Origin: an uncultured Actinomycetes bacterium
Lineage (GTDB): Bacteria; Actinomycetota; Thermoleophilia; Gaiellales; Gaiellaceae
DNA length: 64,000 nt
Assembly (NCBI GenBank): GCA_963820335.1
Contig: CAWFZH010000008.1
Location: forward strand, 38,181-102,180
Direction: 5' to 3'
Below are positions 56,694 to 64,000 of the stretch, one piece after another; the stretch's first letter is position 1; each line of letters opens with the position of its first letter. The position numbers and the translations under genes are program-made. Under the pieces are notes generated by a model. It had not been told where the DNA came from. It worked only from the letters and a program-made list of their open reading frames with translations, and made no database searches.

Positions 56694-57624
56694 AGCCGCT
56701 CAGGAGAACATCTTCACCGACCTGGTGCGCGCTCAAACGTGTGAGCTCGACGGGTGCCGGCAGCGCTTCGACCAGACCAGGGCCTTCGCCGGCCAGCTTC
56801 GGTGCCACGAACAGGAGGAGCTTGTCGACGAGGTCTGCCCTGAGAAAGGACTCCGCGAGCTTCGGCCCGCCCTCGAGGAGGAGCGACTGCACGCCGTCCT
56901 CGGCCAACCGCGCCAGCTCCTCGTCGAGCGGCCCGCTCAGCAGCTCGAGCTCCGATCCCTCCGGTAGCGGCCCCTGGCCGAAGGCAAGCCGGCGCGGCTG
57001 CTTCGCAGCATCGACGTCGCGAGCGTCCAGCCGGGGATCGTCGGCGCGGACGGTTCCCATCCCGACGGCGACTGCGTCGGAAGCGCCTCGCAGCATGTGC
57101 ACGATCCGCCGGCTCTCCTCGCCGGTGACCCAGCGCTCGCCGGGCACCGTCATCCGCCCGTCGAGCGTGACCGCGGCCTTGTACGTGACGAACGGCCGGC
57201 CCTCATTGATCCATGTCCGCCACTCCTCGTTCTGCTGCCGGGCCCGGAAGCCGAGCACGCCGTCGGCGAGACTGACGTCGACTCCGGCGGCGCGCAGCTC
57301 TTCGAGCCCGCCCCCGGCCTTCGGGTTCGGATCGAGCGAGCCGGCCACGACGTGGGCGATCCCGCTCTCGAGAACGGCTTTGGTGCACGGCGGGGTATCC
57401 CCCCAGCTCCGGCACGGCTCCATGCTCACGTAGAGCGTCGCTCCGTTTGCACGGTCTCCAGCTTGTTCTAGGGCGCGGGGCTCCGCGTGGGCCTCGCCCT
57501 TCCGCTCGTGCCAGCCCTCCCCCACGACCTCGCCGTCCCGGACGATCACTGCGCCGACGACGGGGTTCGGGTGGGTCGTTTCGCGCCCGCGCTCGGCCAG
57601 CTCGAGCGCCCGCTCCAGGCTCAT
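56677..57624 (-). CDS. ribD: Bifunctional riboflavin biosynthesis deaminase/reductase
   Basis: The HAEPRAL and PCRSWGDTPPC zinc deaminase motifs are followed by the reductase domain. The ATGA overlaps the rpe stop. Confidence 0.9.
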   Translation of the reverse strand: MSLERALELAERGRETTHPNPVVGAVIVRDGEVVGEGWHERKGEAHAEPRALEQAGDRANGATLYVSMEPCRSWGDTPPCTKAVLESGIAHVVAGSLDPNPKAGGGLEELRAAGVDVSLADGVLGFRARQQNEEWRTWINEGRPFVTYKAAVTLDGRMTVPGERWVTGEESRRIVHMLRGASDAVAVGMGTVRADDPRLDARDVDAAKQPRRLAFGQGPLPEGSELELLSGPLDEELARLAEDGVQSLLLEGGPKLAESFLRADLVDKLLLFVAPKLAGEGPGLVEALPAPVELTRLSAHQVGEDVLLSGYVHEP

Positions 57625-58298
57625 TGGAGAGCCTGCACGAGCTCGTGGTAGGCGCCGGCGATGTCGTCCTGGCCAAAGATGCTCGTGCCCGCGACAAACA
57701 GGTCGGCGCCTGCCTCGCGCACGGCGCGAATGTTGTCCGGCCCGATGCCGCCGTCGACCTGGATGTGGAGCTCGTCGCCCAGGAGTTGCCGCAGCTCCGC
57801 GACCCTGCCGGTCGCCTCGGGCATGAACTTTTGGCCCGAGTACCCAGGGTTGATGCTCATGCAAAGGACGAGGTCCACGCCGTCCGCCGCCCTGGCTGCG
57901 TCGGCCGGGCTCGTCTCGGGGTTGAATGCGAGCCCGACTCCGAGCTCCAGCTCACGCGCCTGTCGATAGACCGCCGGCAGGTCGTCGCAGGCCTCGAAAT
58001 GGACGGTCACGCTGTCGCCGCCCGCCTCGGCCACGGCCTCGAAGTGCTGCTCCGGGCTCTCGACCATGAGATGGCAGTCGAGGACAGCGCCGAGGCGGTG
58101 GACGATCGGGGAGATCGACTGCAGGACGATCGGCCCGATTGTGATCGGCGGGACGAAGTGGCCGTCGCCCACGTCGAAATGGAAGACGCGCACCCCCGCG
58201 CGCGCGAGCGTCTCGATCTGCTCGCCGAGCCGCGAGAAGTCGGCCGCATACAGCGACGGCTCGACTTCGACGGTGCGAACCCAGTCCTTCCAGGCCAT
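57621..58298 (-). CDS. rpe: Ribulose-phosphate 3-epimerase
   Basis: FHFDVGDGHFVP, LDCHLMV, MSINPGYSGQKF and VDGGI motifs. Confidence 0.9.
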   Translation of the reverse strand: MAWKDWVRTVEVEPSLYAADFSRLGEQIETLARAGVRVFHFDVGDGHFVPPITIGPIVLQSISPIVHRLGAVLDCHLMVESPEQHFEAVAEAGGDSVTVHFEACDDLPAVYRQARELELGVGLAFNPETSPADAARAADGVDLVLCMSINPGYSGQKFMPEATGRVAELRQLLGDELHIQVDGGIGPDNIRAVREAGADLFVAGTSIFGQDDIAGAYHELVQALQ

Positions 58299-58301
58299 GG
58301 T

Positions 58302-59117
58302 TCAGCTTCGCAGGCCGCGCAGGTACTCGGCGGCGCTCATCCGCTTGCGCCCCTCGGGCTGAACCTCCAGGAGCTCGAGGCCGCCGGCCGTGAGGTCACC
58401 GTCTCCGGGGCGTGCCCGCCAGACGATCAGCGGGCGGCCGTCCACGACTCCGCGCGCGCCGATGTGCGGCGAGAGGGCCCGGATCCGGTTCAGGCTCTCC
58501 TCAGGCGGCCGGCTCCAGTCGAGCTCGCGGTCGGCCGCGGTCAGGCGTTCCGCGTACGTTGCGCCCTCGTCGGGCTGAGGCTCGAAGGTCGCCGTGCCCT
58601 GCAGCGCCGGCTCGAGCAGCTCGGCGGCCAGCGGGCCCGCCTTCGCGTACACCGCGCCTGCGTCGTCGTCGGGCTCGATCGCGAAGCGCTGCTGGGCGGA
58701 GATCGGCCCCGCATCGAGCTCGGCGATGGTGCGGTGGATCGTCACCCCGGTTTCCGTGTCACCGGCCATGATCGCGCGCTCGACCGGCGCGGCTCCGCGC
58801 CAGCGAGGCAGCAGCGACGGGTGGACGTTCAGCCACAAGGTCCGCTCGAGCAGGCTCTCCGGGATCAGCGCACCGTAGGCGGCGACGACCATCGCGTCCA
58901 CGTCCCCCAGCTCGACCGACTCGTCGAGCTTCTCGGGTTGACGCACCTCGATCCCGAGCCGCTCGGCGACCTCTTTCGCGGGCGGTGCTCCGACTTTTCG
59001 GCCACGGCCTTGCGGACGGTCTGGTCGCGTGAGCAGGAACGCGACTTCGTGGCGGCCCGCCAGGCGCTCCAGCACGTCGGCGCCGAGGGGCGCCGTGGCA
59101 GCAACGCCGATCCTCAT
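58302..59117 (-). CDS. fmt: Methionyl-tRNA formyltransferase (shortish, 271 aa)
   Basis: The NVHPSLLPRWRGAAPVERAI and GVTIHRT motifs are present, and the gene sits directly after def. Confidence 0.85.
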   Translation of the reverse strand: MRIGVAATAPLGADVLERLAGRHEVAFLLTRPDRPQGRGRKVGAPPAKEVAERLGIEVRQPEKLDESVELGDVDAMVVAAYGALIPESLLERTLWLNVHPSLLPRWRGAAPVERAIMAGDTETGVTIHRTIAELDAGPISAQQRFAIEPDDDAGAVYAKAGPLAAELLEPALQGTATFEPQPDEGATYAERLTAADRELDWSRPPEESLNRIRALSPHIGARGVVDGRPLIVWRARPGDGDLTAGGLELLEVQPEGRKRMSAAEYLRGLRS

Positions 59118-59123
59118 GTCTGT

Positions 59124-59687
59124 CTAGACGGCCTGCCGGAGGACGGCGAGCGCCTCGCGGCGGCCATCGGGGGTCGTGCGGTCGATGATCAGCGTGCCGT
59201 CGAGGTGATCGAGCTCGTGCTGCACGACGCGGGCGCTCATCCCCTCCAGCTCCAGCCGGACCTCCTCGCCGTCGAGGTCGCGGGCTTCGATCGTCACGCG
59301 CAGGTTTCGCTCCACCGGGACGAGCACGCCTTGCATCGAGAGGCAGCCTTCGTCGTCGGGCTCGGTCTCGTCCGAGCGCTCCACGATCTCCGGGTTGACC
59401 ATCGCCCGCGGCTCGTCCTCGGCAGACGGCTGGAAGACGAACATCCGCTTCAGGACGCCGACCTGGTTCGCTGCCAGGCCGACTCCCAGTGCCTCACGCA
59501 TCAGCATCGTCATCCGCTCCGCGAGCTGCCGTAGGTCGCCGTCGAAATCCTCGACATCGTTCGCGCGCATGCGCAGCACGGGATCCGGGTACTGGCGGAC
59601 CTGGGCGAGCGCGATCCGGCGCCGCGCTTGGCGTTCGGCCTCCAGCTCTTCGTTGCGAACCTCCTCGGCTTCGGACATCTCGGACAT
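59124..59687 (-). CDS. def: Peptide deformylase (with acidic N-terminal extension)
   Basis: GVGLAANQVG, EGCLS and QHELDHLDG metal motifs. ATG 59687 or 59678. Confidence 0.9.
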   Translation of the reverse strand: MSEMSEAEEVRNEELEAERQARRRIALAQVRQYPDPVLRMRANDVEDFDGDLRQLAERMTMLMREALGVGLAANQVGVLKRMFVFQPSAEDEPRAMVNPEIVERSDETEPDDEGCLSMQGVLVPVERNLRVTIEARDLDGEEVRLELEGMSARVVQHELDHLDGTLIIDRTTPDGRREALAVLRQAV

Positions 59688-59701
59688 CTCGCCGAGTGTA
59701 A

Positions 59702-61639
59702 TCAGACGTCCTGGGGGTCGACGTCGACCACCACGGCCAGGTCGGCCTTCCGCATCGCCGGCGCTGCGGCCGACAGGAGCTGGCCCGCCCGCGATGCGAG
59801 CTCGCGTGGTCGCGCGGTCTTCGCGACGAGCTGGGCTCGGTAGCGACCACGAAGCCGGTAGAGCGGCGCCGGGCCAACGATCTCTGCGTCGGCCGACTCG
59901 AGCCCGGCCGCCAGCTCGGTGAGCGCCTGGAGCGGATCCGCCTGCTCGGGCCCGGAGACCAGGATGCGGACGAGGTGCCGAAACGGCGGGTAGTTGAGCT
60001 CCCGCCGCCGGTCGATCTCGCCCTCGAGGAAGCCCGCGACGTCGTGCCGCGCCGCGAGGGCGACCGCGCGCGACTCGGGCTGGAAGGTCTGCACGAGCAC
60101 CTTGCCCGGCGCATCGCGGCCGCTCCGCCCGGCGAGCTGCGTCAGGAGCTGAAACGTGCGCTCCTCGGCACGGAAGTCCGGCAGGCCGAGACCGAGGTCG
60201 GCGTCGACGACGGCGGCCAGGGCGACCCCGCCGAAGTGATGGCCCTTCGCGACCATCTGGGTGCCGATGAGGACAACGCGGTCGCCCTCGGCGAAACGCC
60301 GCAGAGTCGCTGCCAGCTCGCCGCGCTTGCCGGCCGAGTCGGCGTCGAGTCGGATTCGCTCGAGCTCGGGGACGCGCTCCGCGAGCTCCCGTTCGAGTCG
60401 CTGCGTGCCGGCGCCGATCCGAGCGAGCTCCACCGACCGGCAGGCGGGGCAGGCCTCGGGCGCAGGCTCCGCGTGCCCGCAGTGATGGCAATGGAGGCGT
60501 TCGTCGCGGTGCAGGACGAGTGCGACGTCGCAGTTGTCGCAGCGGAGGGTCTCGCCGCAGGCCCGGCAATGGAGCGCAGGCGCGACGCCGCGACGATTGA
60601 GCAGCAGGATCGCCTTGCCGCCGTCCTGGGCGATCTTGCCCAGCTCGCCCAGCAGAGGGGCCGACAGCGGGTAGCCGGCCTCGCCGCGGAGATCGACGAC
60701 ACGCACTCCCGGCAGGTCGGCTCCGACGCGCTCCCCGAGGTCCAACCGCTCGAGGCCTGCCCAGCTCTCGGGCCGCGGCGTCGCGCTCCCGAAGAGGGCG
60801 ACTGCACCCTCCAGCGAGGCCCGCTTCGCCGCCACCGTGCGCGCGTCGTAGCGCGGGTCGGACTCCTGCTTGTACGCCGAGTCGTGCTCCTCGTCGACGC
60901 AGACGAGCCCGAGACGAGGCAGCGGGGCAAAGATCGCCGAGCGCGCCCCGATCACGATCGGCGCCGCACCGGATGCGATGCGCTCCCGCTCGTCGCGCCG
61001 CTCGGCCTCGGTCAGAGACGAGTGCAACACAGCGATGCGGTCGCCGAAGCGCGCTCGGAAGCGGCCGATCGTCTGCGGCGCGAGCGCGATCTCGGGGACG
61101 AGGACGATCACGCCTCTCCCCTGCTCCAGCGTGGCCTCCGCCGCCTGGAGGTAGACCTCGGTCTTGCCGCTGCCGGTCGCGCCGTGGAGCAGGAAGCGAC
61201 CGCCCTCGCCGTCGAGAGCCTCGGTCAGCCTGGCCAGCGCCTCGAGCTGCGTCTTCGTCAGCTCTGCGGGCCTGGCCTCGCCGCCCAGCGCGTCCCGGTC
61301 GGCAGGCTGCGGCAGCTCCTTCCGGCGCTCGCGCTTCTGAGGAGCGACGAGCCCGAGCGCGCGCCCGGGGGTCGAGCCGTAGTAGTCGGCGAGCCAGAGC
61401 GCGAGCTCCACGAGCGGCGCCGGCAGCTGCTCGACGACGCTCTCGACCGGCGCCGCCTTGATCCCGGCCGGCGGGGCCTCGTCGACCCCGACGACCACTC
61501 CGCGTGTGTGCGAGCCTGAGAGCCGGATCGAGACGACGGCCCCACGCTCCACGTCGTCCGGCGCCTCGTAGGTGAAGGGGCGCGCAAGCGCACGAGTCGT
61601 GACGAGCGGGTAGACGGACGCGAACCTCAGAGAGCCCAG
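59702..61639 (-). CDS. priA: Primosomal protein N' (replication restart helicase PriA)
   Basis: GATGSGKTEVY, DEEHD and the Cys-rich zinc region CRACGETLRCDNCDVAL...CHHCG. The conserved N-terminus (RFASVYPLVTTRALARPFTYEAP) precedes the first canonical start. CTG 61639 or 61630 is proposed. Confidence 0.8.
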   Translation of the reverse strand: MGSLRFASVYPLVTTRALARPFTYEAPDDVERGAVVSIRLSGSHTRGVVVGVDEAPPAGIKAAPVESVVEQLPAPLVELALWLADYYGSTPGRALGLVAPQKRERRKELPQPADRDALGGEARPAELTKTQLEALARLTEALDGEGGRFLLHGATGSGKTEVYLQAAEATLEQGRGVIVLVPEIALAPQTIGRFRARFGDRIAVLHSSLTEAERRDERERIASGAAPIVIGARSAIFAPLPRLGLVCVDEEHDSAYKQESDPRYDARTVAAKRASLEGAVALFGSATPRPESWAGLERLDLGERVGADLPGVRVVDLRGEAGYPLSAPLLGELGKIAQDGGKAILLLNRRGVAPALHCRACGETLRCDNCDVALVLHRDERLHCHHCGHAEPAPEACPACRSVELARIGAGTQRLERELAERVPELERIRLDADSAGKRGELAATLRRFAEGDRVVLIGTQMVAKGHHFGGVALAAVVDADLGLGLPDFRAEERTFQLLTQLAGRSGRDAPGKVLVQTFQPESRAVALAARHDVAGFLEGEIDRRRELNYPPFRHLVRILVSGPEQADPLQALTELAAGLESADAEIVGPAPLYRLRGRYRAQLVAKTARPRELASRAGQLLSAAAPAMRKADLAVVVDVDPQDV

Positions 61640-61651
61640 GCTACTGCCGGG

Positions 61652-62497
61652 CTAGGCGCCCGCGGCTTCGAGCACGAACTCTGTGCCGAAACCGACGAAG
61701 AGCCCCAGCAGCAGCGCCCAGGCCACGAGCGTCTTGTGCCCGAACTGCCGGTTCACGTTCATCAGCTCGATGATCACGTAGAGGAGCGAGCCCGCGGCCA
61801 GCGCGAGGAAGCCCACCGAGATCGCCTCACTCACCACCGACTTGCCAATCAGAGTCCCGAGGAAGGTCGGCGCGCCTCCGATGACACCGAGCAGACCGAG
61901 GAAACGCCACGACGGTCGCTCCTCGGAGCCCGATAGCGGCGCGACGATGCCGAACCCTTCGGTCGCGTTGTGCAGCCCGAAGCCGATGATCAGGGTGAAC
62001 GCGAGCGCGATCTCGTCCTGCGCCGCCGAGTTCCCGATCGCCAGTCCCTCGGAGAAGTTGTGCAGCCCGATGCCGGTTGCGATCATCAGCGCGAGCCAGC
62101 GACCAGGCGAGAGGCCGACGAGCCAGTTCCGGTCGTACTCGGCAGCCGAGGCCGCACCTGGACCGAGCATGGCTCGGTCGCGGTGGCGCGAGACCCAGCG
62201 GTCGTAGTAGACGAGGGTCATGAGCCCGGCCGAAGTGCCGGCGGCGAACAGGATCGCGAGCCCGGCGAACCGCGCCCACGAGCCGCCGTCGTCTACGGCT
62301 CCTTCCAAGGCTTCTTCCACGGGCGAAATGCCGTGCTCGACGACCTCGATGAGCAGGAAGAGGAGGATGCCGACCGCGCTGGCGCTGAGCGCCGCCTTCC
62401 ACCTGGTGCTCGTGGTGCGGATCCTCCCGACCGGAAGTCCGAGGAAGATCGTGCTGCCGGCGAGCGCGCCGAGGATGAGGATCTGTGTCGTCGACAT
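61652..62497 (-). CDS. ZIP family divalent metal transporter (ZupT-like)
   Basis: It has about 8 TM helices, with GIGLHNFSEGLAIG and GFGLHNATEGF metal-binding helices. Confidence 0.85.
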   Translation of the reverse strand: MSTTQILILGALAGSTIFLGLPVGRIRTTSTRWKAALSASAVGILLFLLIEVVEHGISPVEEALEGAVDDGGSWARFAGLAILFAAGTSAGLMTLVYYDRWVSRHRDRAMLGPGAASAAEYDRNWLVGLSPGRWLALMIATGIGLHNFSEGLAIGNSAAQDEIALAFTLIIGFGLHNATEGFGIVAPLSGSEERPSWRFLGLLGVIGGAPTFLGTLIGKSVVSEAISVGFLALAAGSLLYVIIELMNVNRQFGHKTLVAWALLLGLFVGFGTEFVLEAAGA

Positions 62498-62499
62498 CT

Positions 62500-62517
62500 T
62501 GTAAGGGCGACCTTACA
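62500..62517. promoter_or_regulatory. Perfect 7-4-7 palindrome TGTAAGG-GCGA-CCTTACA in the ZIP/DtxR-family divergent spacer; candidate metalloregulator operator
   Basis: Read directly from the sequence. It begins 3 nt from the ZIP start codon. A TATATT -10-like hexamer follows at 62533-62538, before the regulator GTG at 62547. Confidence 0.5.
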
Positions 62518-62546
62518 CGATCGCGGCGGCACTATATTGAGTACTC

Positions 62547-63227
62547 GTGGCCGGCCACTCACACAGCACCGACGAGTACCTCGAGACGATCTATTTCCTC
62601 GCCTTCCCGATCGGGGAGTACAGCCCGAACGTGCCCGGTGCGTCGACCCTCGCCTCCCGGGTGGCGGAGATGCTCGGGGTCTCGCGTGCGTCAGCGGGCG
62701 AGATGCTGAAGCGGCTCGAGGCCGACGGCCTCATCAGGCGCGGCGAGCACAAGGAGGCGATCCTCACCAAGACGGGACGCGCCCGCGCCGAGAAGGTCGT
62801 CCGCAAGCACCGGATCATCGAGCGGCTCCTGACCGATTTCATGGGCTACACCGCCGCCGAGGCCCACGTGCACGCAGACGAGCTCGGCGACACGTTCTCG
62901 GACGACATGGTCGTCCGGATCGAGGAGAAGCTCGGCAACCCCGACCGCTGTCCCCACGGGTGGCCGGTCGATCCCGCGTTCGAGCAGAAAGAGAACAACG
63001 AGCTGGCTCCGCTGGGAGAGCTTGCGCCCGGGTCGAGCGCCGAGATCGTCCGCCTCGCCGAGCACGACGGCGAGCTACTGCACTACTTCTACGACGAGGG
63101 CCTCGTGCCCGGGACGAAGCTCGAGGTCCGCGAGCCGGACAACGGGCACTTCAGGGTCTCGCTCGACGGCAAGGAGCGCTCGCTGGACGAGAAAGCCGCC
63201 GCGGGGCTCTTCGTCAGGCCCGGCTAG
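62547..63227 (+). CDS. DtxR/IdeR/MntR family metal-dependent transcriptional regulator with C-terminal FeoA/SH3-like domain
   Basis: The sequence TDEYLETIY...ASRVAEMLGVSRASAGEMLKRLEADGLI contains the HTH, followed by the metal-site region HVHADELG...CPHG. The gene is divergent from the ZIP transporter. Confidence 0.85.
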   Translation: MAGHSHSTDEYLETIYFLAFPIGEYSPNVPGASTLASRVAEMLGVSRASAGEMLKRLEADGLIRRGEHKEAILTKTGRARAEKVVRKHRIIERLLTDFMGYTAAEAHVHADELGDTFSDDMVVRIEEKLGNPDRCPHGWPVDPAFEQKENNELAPLGELAPGSSAEIVRLAEHDGELLHYFYDEGLVPGTKLEVREPDNGHFRVSLDGKERSLDEKAAAGLFVRPG

Positions 63228-64000
63228 CTAGACGCGCGCTTCTTGGGCCAGGCCCGCAGCGGCGCGCAACGCGTCGGCCTTGTCCGTTCGTTCCCACGTG
63301 AAGTCGTGGTCGTCGCGGCCGAAATGGCCGTACGCAGCGGTTTTCGCGAAGATCGGGCGCTGCAGATCGAGGTCGCGGATGATCGCGGCCGGCCGTAGGT
63401 CGAAGTGCTCGCTGACGAGCTTCTCGATCTGCGCCACCGGGATCTTCTCCGTGCCGAACGTGCGCACGGCGACCGAGACCGGGTGCGCGACGCCGATCGC
63501 ATACGCCACGTTGACCTCGGCCCGGTCGGCGAGCTCTGCGGCGACGATGTTCTTCGCCACGTAGCGAGCCGCGTAGGCCGCCGAGCGGTCGACCTTCGTC
63601 GGATCCTTGCCCGAGAAGGCTCCGCCGCCGTGACGTGCTGCGCCGCCGTAGGTGTCGACGATGATCTTGCGTCCGGTCAGGCCGGTGTCGCCCATCGGCC
63701 CGCCGATCACGAACTTGCCGGTCGGGTTGACGTAGACGAAGTCACGATCCGAGCGCAGGCGCTTCTCGTCGTAGAGGTCGTTCGGAAGGATCGGGTGGAG
63801 GACGCGCTCGACGATGTCCGGCTTGATCAGGTCCTCGGCGCTGATCCCGTCTGAGTGCTGCGTGGAGACGAGGATGCGCTCGATCTCGACCGGCCGCTGG
63901 ACGCCGTGCTCGTCGACCTCGTAGCGGACGGTCACCTGCGCCTTGCCGTCGGGCCGCAGGTACGGCAGGTCGCCGGCCTTGCGCACCTCGGCGAGCCGCT
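63228..64000 (-). CDS. metK: S-adenosylmethionine synthase, 5' end outside the window
   Basis: The [32 protein letters not shown] and [19 protein letters not shown] motifs are present. The frame stays open to the window edge. Confidence 0.9.
   Translation of the reverse strand, partial: RLAEVRKAGDLPYLRPDGKAQVTVRYEVDEHGVQRPVEIERILVSTQHSDGISAEDLIKPDIVERVLHPILPNDLYDEKRLRSDRDFVYVNPTGKFVIGGPMGDTGLTGRKIIVDTYGGAARHGGGAFSGKDPTKVDRSAAYAARYVAKNIVAAELADRAEVNVAYAIGVAHPVSVAVRTFGTEKIPVAQIEKLVSEHFDLRPAAIIRDLDLQRPIFAKTAAYGHFGRDDHDFTWERTDKADALRAAAGLAQEARV

Noticed and set aside
57625-58301. I looked for an FMN riboswitch or leader upstream of ribD.
   Set aside because: ribD overlaps the rpe stop (ATGA), and rpe follows fmt by 3 nt. 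There is no non-coding space, so I make no riboswitch call.
1-64000. I searched for mobile elements, prophage genes, CRISPR arrays, toxin-antitoxin pairs and recognisable defence systems.
   Set aside because: No transposase, integrase, Cas or phage-like proteins and no terminal inverted repeats flanking a cargo were seen. The frameshifted genes are not associated with IS remnants.

Overview
This is a very high-GC (about 70% by eye) chromosomal segment in the style of Actinomycetota (Thermoleophilia/Rubrobacteria-like; the taxon is a guess). It is densely packed with about 63 protein genes. I found no rRNA, tRNA, CRISPR array, transposase or integrase.

The right half (49.9-62.5 kb, minus strand) is one long co-directional housekeeping string with tiny gaps or overlaps: ZIP transporter-priA-def-fmt-rpe-ribD-x-ribE-x-ribBA-ribH-lysE-rpmB-fakA-like-receiver-degV.

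The left half mixes three kinds of genes:
- Metabolism: acyl-CoA carboxylase 3' end, two acyl-CoA dehydrogenases, pepA, ilvA, meaB, hisC, ggt.
- DNA repair: lhr, nei, HhH-GPD, NUDIX.
- Accessory genes: a 1110-aa zinc-ribbon/cyclase/STAND/TPR protein, a B12-type radical SAM enzyme, and a roughly 1140-aa secreted LamG-SGDH-Ig-LamG protein.

The most interesting items are:
1. An orphan ParA-type ATPase is translationally coupled to an ftsZ that lies outside any dcw context. That FtsZ has a roughly 105-aa N-terminal extension starting with a ParB-like basic peptide.
2. A stand-alone receiver domain sits inside a fakA/fakB-like operon.
3. An E1-like enzyme with an N-terminal rhodanese is coupled to a JAMM protease, with no sulfur-carrier gene nearby.
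4. Unknown genes are inserted in the rib operon.
5. Four clear and one possible frameshift all fall in accessory genes. Two of them form a compensating pair that keeps a giant ORF open.
6. In several genes the conserved N-terminus lies upstream of the first ATG/GTG/TTG. CTG (twice as CTGA stop/start overlaps) or ATC are the only candidate starts.

All calls come from reading the translations and sequence by eye; no searches were run.
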